Source: Candidatus Parvarchaeum sp. (GTDB lineage Archaea > Nanobdellota > Nanobdellia > Parvarchaeales > Parvarchaeaceae). From it: DNA of 64,000 nucleotides. The translations under genes and the position numbers were made by a program. The stretch covers positions 8,895 to 72,894 of the forward strand of contig JBMFWF010000001.1 of the NCBI GenBank assembly GCA_049965555.1, in the 5' to 3' direction. Of the stretch, positions 1-9,116 are shown piece after piece; the first letter of the stretch is position 1; every line of letters begins with the position of its first letter. Below the pieces are notes generated by a model. It was not told the origin of the DNA. It saw nothing but the letters and a program-made list of their open reading frames with translations, and searched no databases.

Positions 1-57
1 GCCTGCCGGCCCAGAACCTATTATTATCAATTTTTCTACCATTTTTTTATATGTCAT
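1..57 (-). CDS. 5' end of an FAD/NAD(P)-binding oxidoreductase (thioredoxin-reductase-like); runs off the left edge
   Basis: Reverse complement of 1-57 reads MTYKKMVEKLIIIGSGPAG. A Rossmann GxGxxG motif follows the start directly. No stop before the window edge. Confidence 0.45.
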   Translation of the reverse strand, partial: MTYKKMVEKLIIIGSGPAG

Positions 58-118
58 ACGATATAAATAAAGCTTTCTGTTAAGATAGTTTTTTATTTAA
101 ATAGAAACTAATAAAGTA

Positions 119-1888
119 ATGGATAAGTTTCTCATAGAGGTTTCATTTGAGGCCGGCAATAAGGTCGGAGGCATATGGACGGTTTTAACTTCTAAGTCAT
201 CATACATAAAAAAACAATTTGGGGACAATTATTTGGCGATCGGTTTTTACAATCCAAATCAAGCGGCTGTTGAATTCATGGAAAGCCAGCCTCCACAATA
301 TATAAAAGATGCAATGGCAGACATAAAGCTTGATGGCGTAAAAGTATACTTTGGAAGATGGTCCTCCGCTAATGATGTAAACCTCATATTAATAGACGCA
401 AAGGAATTTGAAAACAAGCACGTTAATGAGATAAAAAAGGATTTCTGGGATAACTTCAAGATAGATTCTTTGAACTCGCCTGAAGATTACAATGAGCCTC
501 TTGCCTGGTCTTATGCGGCAGGTGCTGTAATAGAAGCACTGAGCAAAACGATCAAACAACAAGCAGTAGTACAAGTACACGAATGGCTTTCTGCTGGAGC
601 AATACTTTACTTAAAATACAAAAAAGTCAAGATACCTACGGTATTCACAGTACATGCAACTGTACTCGGAAGGGCTATTTCTTATTCTGGAGGGAATACA
701 AACGCATATGTGCTTGCAAACACAGGGATAACTCCTGACATGCCTTATAAATACGGGGTAGCAGCAAAGCATTTTACTGAAAAAGCAGGTGCTTTCAATG
801 CAACTATATTTACAGCAGTAAGCAGAGTAGTAGCAAAAGAAGCAAACATAATACTTGGAAAGAAACCAGATTTCATAACAATAAACGGGATAGACATCGA
901 TAACTTGCCGCAGGCAGATGAAATTACTGCGATGAGGGTAAACGCAAAGAAGAAGCTTGACAATTTCCTCAATGCATATTTCCTGCCTTATTATGACATT
1001 AATCCGAGTAATATAAGAGTATTCATAACTAGCGGCAGATATGAGTTTTATGACAAAGGCTACGATGTTTTCATAGATGCTCTTGGAAAACTTGATAAGA
1101 TGCTTACAGATGACAGCTATGTTATAGCTCTTATAGCTGTTCCATCAGGTACAATAGGAGTAAGAAACGACGTAGTAGCAAATTACCTTACTTATATGAG
1201 CATAAAATCCGCTTTGGATGAGGATGTTAAGAACTTTGATTCGGTAATCTCCTCCTCAATAGAAATGGAAGAAAATACTGTTGACAAAGCATACAGCAAG
1301 ATAATAAATGACTCAAAAAGGCTGCTCAAGCAGCTTAGGAGGCCAAAGCCTACGAATCCGCCATTAACTCCTTTCATACTTTCATATCCTGAAAACAATG
1401 ATGCAATAATAAACAAACTAAGGGAAAACGGCCTGGAAAATTCTGCTGAGAACCACGTCAAGGTTGTTTTTTATCCCAAATACCTTGCAGTCGGCGATGA
1501 GCTTCTTAATCTTACTTATTATGAGATGCTTGCTCTTTCAACTGCTGGATTCTTCTTATCTAAATATGAACCATTCGGTTACACGCCTTTAGAAGCAGCA
1601 GCTTATATGTCAATTTCGTTCACATCTGATTACAGCGGATTCGGTCAATACCTTTTAAATGATTATAAGGAGGGATACAAAGGAGTCTTCGTTGAAAAAA
1701 TGCTTGGCAGGAAAAGAGATGAATGCATAACGCAGATAGCCAAGGACATGCTTAAGATAGCGCTGATGGACGATGATGACCTTTTAAAACTGAAGATATC
1801 CGCAAACGATTTGGCTAATCAATTTGGCTGGGAAAAGTTTCTTCCGGTTTATCTTGAGGCTTATGACGCTGCTTTAAAAAGGCTTTAA
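119..1888 (+). CDS. Glycogen (starch) synthase, eukaryote-like GT3 type
   Basis: N-terminus EVSFEAGNKVGGIWTVLTSKS matches the GT3 glycogen synthase signature (E-V-x-W-E-V-A-N-K-V-G-G-I-Y-T-V). 589 aa. Adjacent to a GH57 gene. Confidence 0.8.
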   Translation: MDKFLIEVSFEAGNKVGGIWTVLTSKSSYIKKQFGDNYLAIGFYNPNQAAVEFMESQPPQYIKDAMADIKLDGVKVYFGRWSSANDVNLILIDAKEFENKHVNEIKKDFWDNFKIDSLNSPEDYNEPLAWSYAAGAVIEALSKTIKQQAVVQVHEWLSAGAILYLKYKKVKIPTVFTVHATVLGRAISYSGGNTNAYVLANTGITPDMPYKYGVAAKHFTEKAGAFNATIFTAVSRVVAKEANIILGKKPDFITINGIDIDNLPQADEITAMRVNAKKKLDNFLNAYFLPYYDINPSNIRVFITSGRYEFYDKGYDVFIDALGKLDKMLTDDSYVIALIAVPSGTIGVRNDVVANYLTYMSIKSALDEDVKNFDSVISSSIEMEENTVDKAYSKIINDSKRLLKQLRRPKPTNPPLTPFILSYPENNDAIINKLRENGLENSAENHVKVVFYPKYLAVGDELLNLTYYEMLALSTAGFFLSKYEPFGYTPLEAAAYMSISFTSDYSGFGQYLLNDYKEGYKGVFVEKMLGRKRDECITQIAKDMLKIALMDDDDLLKLKISANDLANQFGWEKFLPVYLEAYDAALKRL

Positions 1889-3035
1889 CCATAGAATCTA
1901 ACTGCGAAACAATATTCATATAATTCAAATAAGCTACATATGGAGAGGAATAAGCATTGAAGTACTTGTGTATGTCTCCGTCTGAAAACCACTTAGTACA
2001 CATGTAATAAAAGTTGTCGGAAGTCTGCAGTATTCTCCACCTTTTTATAAGCTCGCTATTCTCTGAAAGCAGCACTTCTTTCTGCATAGACTTAAGTTTA
2101 TTGAACGCCGCATCCTGCATTTGGTTGCCAAGCCATGCAGATAAGTCTCTGTCCATGTCTGCCCATGAAAGGTAATAAGGCACATCAACTATGCCAACGG
2201 CTTTCTGCTTAATTGCTTCTGAAACTTTATTAAAGCCCACGCCTTTACTTATAAGCTTGCCAGGTAAATCCCTCATGAAATCAAATATCCCGGTTTCTTT
2301 CCATTGGTGTTCACCAAAAGTTTCATAATCCATAAAAAGGTTCACAGTGCTTCCTTCATTGTTTGCTACCCAATTTGAGTATTTGTCAGCAGTCAATGGA
2401 AACTCGTTCCATGTTGGAGTTGAAAACCTGAAAGCTATGTCATCGCTAAGCTTGTAGTTTCTCAAAAGCACCTTTATCTTTTCACTAGGGTCTGTATAAA
2501 CATGATTTGGTGAGCGCCAACCTAATATTCTATCCCAACCTTCCGCAATTATGCCATTATAACCCATTTTAGCCACGGTCTCTGCTATGTCATTTGAATA
2601 CAGTGCCTCTGTGTTCCTGAATATTTTTGGATGGAATTTAAAGTAATGGTACATCAAAGACTTATGCTGCTTTACCTGTTCTATAAACTCTTCTTTATCT
2701 ATAAGATATGAAAGAGAATGATAATATGTTTCATCTAACAGTTCCATATTCCCGGTGTCAAACAGCTCCTGAAAAAGCTGTATTACCTCCGGTCTGAACA
2801 TCTCGGCCTGCTCCAGGAACACACCTGTTAAAGAGAAGTTTACCTTGAATTCAGGATACTCATTTACTAAATCTATAAGCAGTTTTGTCATCGGTATGTA
2901 ACATTTATCTGCAACCTTGTTGAATATCTCCCTGTTCTTTTCTACATCTATGAACTCCTTATTTTCTATGAAAGAGTATACTCTCTTTAATCTATAAGGC
3001 TGATGCACCTCAAAATAAAATGTTACGTTCGGCAT
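1815..3035 (-). CDS. Glycoside hydrolase family 57-like alpha-glucan-active enzyme
   Basis: N-terminal FYFEVHQPYRL motif and length fit GH57 catalytic domains. Convergent with the glycogen synthase. Confidence 0.6.
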   Translation of the reverse strand: MPNVTFYFEVHQPYRLKRVYSFIENKEFIDVEKNREIFNKVADKCYIPMTKLLIDLVNEYPEFKVNFSLTGVFLEQAEMFRPEVIQLFQELFDTGNMELLDETYYHSLSYLIDKEEFIEQVKQHKSLMYHYFKFHPKIFRNTEALYSNDIAETVAKMGYNGIIAEGWDRILGWRSPNHVYTDPSEKIKVLLRNYKLSDDIAFRFSTPTWNEFPLTADKYSNWVANNEGSTVNLFMDYETFGEHQWKETGIFDFMRDLPGKLISKGVGFNKVSEAIKQKAVGIVDVPYYLSWADMDRDLSAWLGNQMQDAAFNKLKSMQKEVLLSENSELIKRWRILQTSDNFYYMCTKWFSDGDIHKYFNAYSSPYVAYLNYMNIVSQLDSMVKAFLKQRHKPQDKPEETFPSQID

Positions 3036-3056
3036 ACCTATTTATACGCCCCAATC

Positions 3057-3071
3057 TTTAAATGTTTAAAT
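3057..3071 (+). promoter_or_regulatory. Candidate archaeal TATA box(es) for tRNA-Glu
   Basis: Two TTTAAAT motifs lie about 20-30 nt upstream of the tRNA 5' end at 3090. Confidence 0.35.
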
Positions 3072-3089
3072 GGTTTCTAAATAAAGTAT

Positions 3090-3162
3090 GCCCCGATAGT
3101 CTAGAGGCCAAGGACATCGCCCTTTCGAGGCGGAAACCCGGGTTCAAATCCCGGCCGGGGCA
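3090..3162 (+). tRNA. tRNA-Glu (anticodon UUC)
   Basis: Manual cloverleaf: acceptor GCCCCGA/CCGGGGC (A7-C66 mismatch), D-stem GTCT/GGAC, anticodon stem TCGCC/GGCGG, loop CTTTCGA, T-arm CCGGG-TTCAAAT-CCCGG. 73 nt, no encoded CCA. Confidence 0.88.
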
Positions 3163-3185
3163 CGCTTATAAATATTGAGAAATAT

Positions 3186-3923
3186 TTAATTTTTACCTAA
3201 GAATTTTTTAAAATCAGATATATCGCTTATTACCATATCCGGCTTATACCTACTAATCTCCTGCGATTGTATATAACCAGTAAAAAGAACTGCCTTCATT
3301 CCGGATTCTTTTGCGTTTTGTATGTCTAAATCTAATCTATCGCCTACCATTATTATGTCTTTAGTACTTAATCCCATAAGTTTTGCCGTCTCTATAAAAG
3401 GTTTAGCCCCATCCCTTGCCTTTGAAAAGGGTATTGTTTCTCCAGCTATCACTATTAGATCAAAATAAGTATGGAATGGTGTTCTACTTATCCTTTCAGC
3501 CTTTAAGCCATTTACTGAGTCTCTTTCGCTCAAAAGCGCCAGCTTTTTCCCTTCTTTTTTAAGTTCTTTTAGCAATCCTTCGGTTTTGCTTGAGAATTTC
3601 TGGTTGTTTAGAACGTATGAATAAAACATCTGCTTGTAATGCTCTTTTTCTTCTTCATTTAATTTTATTGATTCCTTCTCTACTATCAAAGGTATCCAGT
3701 CTGCGTGATCATAAGATGCCTTGGATTCAGCCAATTCCTTTATCTTTTCCTTCTGAAAAGAATCAGCATCCGAAATTAATTTATTTTTATCCAAATTGAA
3801 TTTTTCAGCGATATCAGAGAAAACCACTTTATATGCATTAGATATGGTTGTTTTTGTATCCACTAAAGTGTTATCAAAATCAAACACTACTCCTTTAAAA
3901 TCAATTCTGCTGTTAGTAAGCAT
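3186..3923 (-). CDS. HAD-superfamily hydrolase/phosphatase
   Basis: Motif I VVFDFDNTLVDT (DxDxT). C-terminal GDRLDLDIQNAKESGM (motif IV). Confidence 0.75.
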   Translation of the reverse strand: MLTNSRIDFKGVVFDFDNTLVDTKTTISNAYKVVFSDIAEKFNLDKNKLISDADSFQKEKIKELAESKASYDHADWIPLIVEKESIKLNEEEKEHYKQMFYSYVLNNQKFSSKTEGLLKELKKEGKKLALLSERDSVNGLKAERISRTPFHTYFDLIVIAGETIPFSKARDGAKPFIETAKLMGLSTKDIIMVGDRLDLDIQNAKESGMKAVLFTGYIQSQEISRYKPDMVISDISDFKKFLGKN

Positions 3924-3983
3924 TAATTATTTAAGAAAGAACCTCATTATTAAACCTTTCTATTGCAGTGATATAAAATAAGA

Positions 3984-5075
3984 CTACTTATAAAATGGTA
4001 TTATGATAAGGATTATCTCAATTACAAAGAGAAGGATTACTATCCATTCTAAAAAAGAGCTGGTGTCCTCGGATACTTGGCTCTGTATAAAACTCCGTAT
4101 ATTTACAAGCATATCGAACGTAGTCTCCAGCCTTTTTGCTAGATCGTTAAGCCGGAAGGCATCTGAAAGGAGTGAATAAAGTCTTGCTAGATACCATTCT
4201 CCAAAGCTCATGATTATTTGATTTATTCCTTCTACAAGATCTTTATACTCCGCATAGAAATCACTTATTTCCTTGCTTAGCTTTATAAGATTCCTCCTTG
4301 TGAATATTATGTAAAGAGGGTTCCTTTTCATGTTCAGAAAACGGTCATTTACAGTGTCTATCATCTTGTTGACTTCATTTTGGTATACTCTGTACTCCAA
4401 AAGCTGTATGTTTGCGGTATCAGCAACCATTATCTCATTTTCATAGTTGCTTGTATTTGAAACTAAAAACATAGCATCCCAGTCTACTATCACTGAATCA
4501 CAACCGTAGTAAGAAAGGCTTCTCTTTATAGTATTTGACACATATTCTTTTGAAAGTTCCTTGTAATTCTGTTCATCCAATAGAATGCCGGCTATAAGCT
4601 CTTTGTTTTTATCCACAAAGCTATCAGCACACTGCTCTAAGAAGTACGACCTATACATTTCAAATATCCTCTTCTCCTTTATTTGCATGCGCTTCGAAAG
4701 CGTTTTTTCAATCTTAAGTTTTGTTTCATCTGCAATTTCCTTAAACCTGTTTTCAAACCTTTTATCAAAGGTTATCTTTTCAAGTAAAGTTGTATTGAAA
4801 TTTGCAAAAGAAGAGCGTACTCTGACCGCCATTGCACCCACAGAATAGATTACACATTGGATATTCACTAAAATAGATATGCCGTCAAACTTTACGTCCT
4901 TTTTACCCGCGTTTACCACTATCGGAAGCTCAAACGGGTTTAGCCCTTCGGGAACGGCTTTTCCGTACTCATAAAACGAAAACTCTTCTGCCCCTTTGAA
5001 ATAGTTTTTTACTTCCTTCAGGTCTATTTCATCCGCAAAATCATAAAAATAGCTGTAGATTATCTCGCCTTTCAT
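3984..5075 (-). CDS. Hypothetical protein with one C-terminal transmembrane helix
   Basis: 363-aa ORF. The C-terminus WIVILLFVIEIILIIIPFY is hydrophobic. No motif recognised with confidence. Confidence 0.5.
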   Translation of the reverse strand: MKGEIIYSYFYDFADEIDLKEVKNYFKGAEEFSFYEYGKAVPEGLNPFELPIVVNAGKKDVKFDGISILVNIQCVIYSVGAMAVRVRSSFANFNTTLLEKITFDKRFENRFKEIADETKLKIEKTLSKRMQIKEKRIFEMYRSYFLEQCADSFVDKNKELIAGILLDEQNYKELSKEYVSNTIKRSLSYYGCDSVIVDWDAMFLVSNTSNYENEIMVADTANIQLLEYRVYQNEVNKMIDTVNDRFLNMKRNPLYIIFTRRNLIKLSKEISDFYAEYKDLVEGINQIIMSFGEWYLARLYSLLSDAFRLNDLAKRLETTFDMLVNIRSFIQSQVSEDTSSFLEWIVILLFVIEIILIIIPFYK

Positions 5076-5174
5076 AAAGGATGACTTAGTAAGCCATTAA
5101 TTATATACTTGTGTTATGTCTTATTAATCACTTGCAGATAAAGATTTTTATATTATTTAAAATCTAAAAAACAG

Positions 5175-5849
5175 ATGAGAAATAGCAGACTTAACAAATT
5201 ACTGAAAGACAACACGGAGTACAAGGGTTTTTTGTCCGAACAGCTTAATATAACAGAAGATTTCGAGATCGTAAAAAATGGTCTTCCTTATTATATTAGC
5301 AGTATGGCTTATTCTATAGGATACAAAAAGATATGGTTATCAAATGAGATTAAGAGGATCATTTACTTTATAGCAGAGAAAGATGAACTGGAAGAATTGA
5401 AAGAGGGGTGCAGGTTCATAATACAGCATGAATTAGGGCATTCCCATAGAGTGGAAGAAAAGAATAAAAATGTTACTGGCTATTTTAACAGATTACTGTA
5501 CATAAACAGCGGAAATTACATCATGGAATGCTTCCCGGAATCAGAAGCTACCAGATATGCAATCTCAAGGTCAAAAGATTATGTAGAGGCGCTTGCAGGG
5601 CTATCAGCAATTTCTAGCTTTTTATACAAAAGTGGCACAGAAAACAGCATAAATTCCTTTTCAGAGCATTTTTCGAACTCAAACGTAGAAGAAGGAAAAA
5701 GGGAGATTTTAAATGCTATCAGCAGTTTCAGGCTTTCGAATGAAAACTACGCAAAAATACTAAAGAAAGCGGAGACATACTTAAAAAAATTAAATGAAAA
5801 CCTGGAAAACAGCTTCCTGTACAAAGTAAAAGAAAAAACTAAATCTTAG
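5175..5849 (+). CDS. Putative zinc metallopeptidase (HExxH)
   Basis: IIQHELGHSH contains an HExxH motif. Otherwise unrecognised. Confidence 0.4.
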   Translation: MRNSRLNKLLKDNTEYKGFLSEQLNITEDFEIVKNGLPYYISSMAYSIGYKKIWLSNEIKRIIYFIAEKDELEELKEGCRFIIQHELGHSHRVEEKNKNVTGYFNRLLYINSGNYIMECFPESEATRYAISRSKDYVEALAGLSAISSFLYKSGTENSINSFSEHFSNSNVEEGKREILNAISSFRLSNENYAKILKKAETYLKKLNENLENSFLYKVKEKTKS

Positions 5850-6342
5850 CGTGTGAATAATGATCTATGAACACTTTGTAGCATTCATCGTTCGGGAGGA
5901 ATCTTCTTACTGCTTTTTCCCAGCCTTTGCTTCCTACCAAGCTCCTTACTAGACTGGAGCTTACTACTGATAGATCCTCCGGAGGTATCAAAAAAATTGT
6001 AGTTATGTCTTGATTCAATTTGCTGTTTATATACTGTATGCCTTTTTCATACTCTAAGTCTGTCTCTGTCCTTATGCCCCTTATTATGTGAGAGGCTTTT
6101 ATTCTCATTGCATAGTCAACCAGAAACTCTCCTTTGAACGAGTCTATTTTCACATTTTTATATTCTTTTATTACGGATGCAAGCATCCTTTCTTTTTCAT
6201 CCAATGAAAAATCCTCTTTTTTCTGCTGGTTTTCACCCACTGCAACTACTAATTCATCGAACAAAGACGCGGCTTTTTTAATTACCCATTCATGCCCTAT
6301 CGTTATAGGATCGAAACTGCCTGCATATACCGCTCTTTTCAT
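5839..6342 (-). CDS. coaD: Phosphopantetheine adenylyltransferase, bacterial CoaD type
   Basis: MKRAVYAGSFDPITIGHEWVI..IIRGIRTETDLEYE..VSSSLVRSL aligns along its length with bacterial CoaD (AVYPGSFDPxTxGH, RGLR..DFEYE, SSSxVKE). Start placed at the internal ATG 6342, not 6426. Confidence 0.85.
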   Translation of the reverse strand: MKRAVYAGSFDPITIGHEWVIKKAASLFDELVVAVGENQQKKEDFSLDEKERMLASVIKEYKNVKIDSFKGEFLVDYAMRIKASHIIRGIRTETDLEYEKGIQYINSKLNQDITTIFLIPPEDLSVVSSSLVRSLVGSKGWEKAVRRFLPNDECYKVFIDHYSHAKI

Positions 6343-6461
6343 ATGATAGTTAATACTAGTTATAATTAAAAACGTTAATCCCTTGCCACTTATTATTAAA
6401 GTTATCAGCAACTTTTCTTTAAACATTAAAAATACAAGAATACTATAAACTATAACCTTTT

Positions 6462-6490
6462 AAAAACAAAAAAAAAGAAAAAATAAAAAA
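6462..6490 (-). terminator. Oligo-T tract downstream of the pilin gene (candidate archaeal terminator)
   Basis: The plus-strand A-runs give T5-T9 runs on the minus strand, 14-42 nt past the stop at 6504. Confidence 0.4.
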
Positions 6491-6503
6491 TTCAAATCAT
6501 TTT

Positions 6504-6980
6504 TTAGCTGCCTGTTCCTGCTATTGCACCCGTTGCAGAATATGTTGCAGTGCCTGCTGCAGTTGTAACCTGGTAAGTTAAGTTACCGCTCGCAGAGAAA
6601 CCTACTCCTGAGTTACATGTATCCTTGCTAAATGTAACAGTAAATGAGCTACCAGATGTTACCGTCGACGACGAAAAATCTGTTGAAGAGGTATTACTGT
6701 CTGCAGTAAAGCCAGAAAACGAACTCAAGGTCATTCCCGTTAACTTCGCTGAAGTCGCTCCGTTTGGTAAGCCTCCTGTTGTGAAGGCCACTGTTAAATT
6801 ACTGCTACCACATACTGCTGCACTTGCTGCAAATGGGCTGAACCCACTGCTACTTGCGGTTACGCTTGCTCTAGGGTTAAAAATACCCATAGAGTACAGG
6901 ATTACAGCTACGATGACTATGATTAAGATTGCCCAACCATAGGTCATCATGTACTCTAATGCTGACTGTCCTTTTGCCAT
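6504..6980 (-). CDS. Archaeal type IV pilin-like protein (class III signal peptide)
   Basis: MAKG|QSALEYMMTYGWAILIIVIVAVILYSMGIFNP leader and helix. S/T/G-rich beta-type C-terminal domain with two Cys. Confidence 0.75.
   Translation of the reverse strand: MAKGQSALEYMMTYGWAILIIVIVAVILYSMGIFNPRASVTASSSGFSPFAASAAVCGSSNLTVAFTTGGLPNGATSAKLTGMTLSSFSGFTADSNTSSTDFSSSTVTSGSSFTVTFSKDTCNSGVGFSASGNLTYQVTTAAGTATYSATGAIAGTGS
6880..6975. repeat. 96-nt segment matching 7407-7502 at 95 of 96 positions (pilin leader and helix coding)
   Basis: Direct alignment by eye. The single mismatch is C/T at 6953/7480. Confidence 0.9.
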
Positions 6981-7033
6981 ACAGATATAAAATTTTTAAC
7001 CTATTTAAATCTTTATTTTTTATCAAATTTTTA

Positions 7034-7516
7034 TCAAGAAGCTATACCCGATATCGTCCCGGTAGTATTATATGTTTGATTTCCTATAGAAGGAACATTT
7101 TCTGTGTAAGTTAAAATTGAAGTTAAAGAAAACGTTACTCCATTAAGTTTGCAAATTACTTCTGGTAAATCTATAAGTTTGCTTGAACCCCTTATAATAA
7201 TTATTTTATTTAAAGAGTAACTTCCGGAAGTTATATTAGTACTAACTGCTGAGGTAAAATAAATTTTATCAACAAAACCATATCCAACAGATCCTGGAAA
7301 AGATGCATGCAGCATAAAATAAAGACCAGTTGAGTTACATATTGCGGCAGAAACCGAGAAAGGAGCAAAGCCTGTTGATGTCGGAGTTATAGCTCCTCTT
7401 GGATTGAAAATACCCATAGAGTACAGGATTACAGCTACGATGACTATGATTAAGATTGCCCAACCATAGGTCATCATGTATTCTAATGCTGACTGTCCTT
7501 TTTTGCTTGATGCCAT
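7034..7516 (-). CDS. Archaeal type IV pilin-like protein, paralog of 6504-6980
   Basis: MASSKKG|QSALEYMMTYGWAILIIVIVAVILYSMGIFNP. The 32 aa of the helix are identical to the neighbour. The C-terminal domain diverges and has two Cys. Confidence 0.75.
   Translation of the reverse strand: MASSKKGQSALEYMMTYGWAILIIVIVAVILYSMGIFNPRGAITPTSTGFAPFSVSAAICNSTGLYFMLHASFPGSVGYGFVDKIYFTSAVSTNITSGSYSLNKIIIIRGSSKLIDLPEVICKLNGVTFSLTSILTYTENVPSIGNQTYNTTGTISGIAS
7407..7502. repeat. Second copy of the 96-nt pilin leader/helix repeat
   Basis: See 6880-6975. Confidence 0.9.
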
Positions 7517-7607
7517 CGTTTATACACAAATAATTTCAATTTTATATTATTTATATTTACTTATAATGAAACTTTATAAAGAAAGTCTTTAATTTTGGAG
7601 ATAAATC

Positions 7608-8261
7608 TTACCCGATTGAGAAAGGCAAGTCAACGTAGATTTTTGGATTGCTAACGCTTGTTGCCACATAATTGTAAATGCCTGCTGGCAAAGCAATTGA
7701 TTTTGTATTGGCAAAGTAAGTAAACGGTGAATTCTGCTGTGTTAAAGTAACTGTAGTTCCATTTGCATAATATAATGATAAATTGACTTTTCCTGTAAAT
7801 CCCCCTACAAATATATAATTCGGAAGATTGTCAGAATAATTGGCATACTCGTATGCAAGTGCTATATTAGTAGAATTTGTGTACAAAGCAAGGTTTGACA
7901 GGCCAAAAGACTCGTTTTCAGTCAGCATTGTATTTGCACCGCATGACGTCAAATCCTGCCCAGCCAACAGCTTCCCGCCGTCTAAAGAACTCTCATATAT
8001 TATTATGACCCCATTAGAAACGTTTATCGTATAATTCTGAAAGGCTGTGAATTGAAGCAACGGAAGATACTGGATGGTTTGCATGCCATTGGAAGTGGCA
8101 ATTGAGTTTATTGAATCCGCTATTTCATAACATATTCCGTTCATTTTGGAAACTGTCGGATTGCCAGCGGAGATGTGTGTAAAGAAGACTGCTATAAATG
8201 CTATTAAGATCAAAACAAACGCAACATCGACTACAAATTCGAAGGAGAATTGTCCTTTCAT
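7608..8261 (-). CDS. Prepilin-like surface protein (class III signal peptide)
   Basis: MKG|QFSFEFVVDVAFVLILIAFIAVFF leader. Many N-x-S/T sequons. Third gene of the pilin cluster. Confidence 0.6.
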   Translation of the reverse strand: MKGQFSFEFVVDVAFVLILIAFIAVFFTHISAGNPTVSKMNGICYEIADSINSIATSNGMQTIQYLPLLQFTAFQNYTINVSNGVIIIYESSLDGGKLLAGQDLTSCGANTMLTENESFGLSNLALYTNSTNIALAYEYANYSDNLPNYIFVGGFTGKVNLSLYYANGTTVTLTQQNSPFTYFANTKSIALPAGIYNYVATSVSNPKIYVDLPFSIG

Positions 8262-8312
8262 ATTTAGATTAAAAGCAGAGGATATTTATACTATTTCCTG
8301 TCTAATTAAAGC

Positions 8313-9050
8313 GTGGTGGACAGAAAACTTGAAGAACTGCTTATAGAAAATACCATAGATAACAACCCATCGATTTTTCATAAATTGATGCAGGTTTCCA
8401 CGTTCTCTTACATAGAAAAAAGGAGGGAGATAGATTATTCTGACGCTGAGTTCCCTTTGTATATTTACAGGAAAAGGATGAATTACTCTGTAAATGAAAA
8501 TGAAAAGAAAAAGCTAAAGACGGAGAAATGGAATGCCGATCTTATTTTACTTTACAATGACAATGGCAAAAGGATATGCGAGATAGTAGAAGTAGAGACA
8601 ATAAAAGCCGATGAACTGCTTCATCATAGAAAGAAGAACATCTTGAAGAAGATAAGAACCATTGAGAGGGCATACAATGCAATCGAATTAAACGACATAT
8701 TAAAGGATGCTGATGAGATAAGATTTTCTCTTTCATTGAACGCCGCGCATTTAACTGAGAATGAAAGGTACAGGGTGGCAAAAAGAATAGGCAGCAAGAT
8801 AGCAGAGGAAAGAAATGCTGATTATAAGGATGAGAAGGTTAGCTTATACAAGATTTACATGCTGAAAGATAATATATGGGACTACTGCCCTGAAAGTCAG
8901 GAGAAGGAATTTTTGATTAACTACAACCTGGCAATGCGGAAGAATTCCTGGAAAAACCCCCTTAAAAAGGTCATGACACAGCTTTACTACAATCTAAAGG
9001 ACGACAGCAAAGTAAGGGCATTGTACGAAAGGCATTACTTTAAAAAATAG
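8313..9050 (+). CDS. Hypothetical protein, possible PD-(D/E)xK-like nuclease fold
   Basis: GTG start in the ORF track. ADLILLY..EIVEVETIK resembles a D...ExK arrangement. This is weak. Confidence 0.3.
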   Translation: MVDRKLEELLIENTIDNNPSIFHKLMQVSTFSYIEKRREIDYSDAEFPLYIYRKRMNYSVNENEKKKLKTEKWNADLILLYNDNGKRICEIVEVETIKADELLHHRKKNILKKIRTIERAYNAIELNDILKDADEIRFSLSLNAAHLTENERYRVAKRIGSKIAEERNADYKDEKVSLYKIYMLKDNIWDYCPESQEKEFLINYNLAMRKNSWKNPLKKVMTQLYYNLKDDSKVRALYERHYFKK

Positions 9051-9116
9051 TAACAAAAAGCCTTTAAAAGCCAAAATACGTTAAGAATTAATAAAATCAA
9101 AGGCTATGGATTCTTT

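Noticed and set aside
3090-3162. Integrated mobile elements or islands next to the three tRNA genes
   Set aside because: No integrase, transposase, direct repeat of a tRNA 3' end, or phage-like gene is visible near any of them.
6462-6490. A-rich low-complexity tract as a possible repeat element or recombination site
   Set aside because: It is simple homopolymer runs right after a gene end, which is better explained as an oligo-T terminator on the coding strand.
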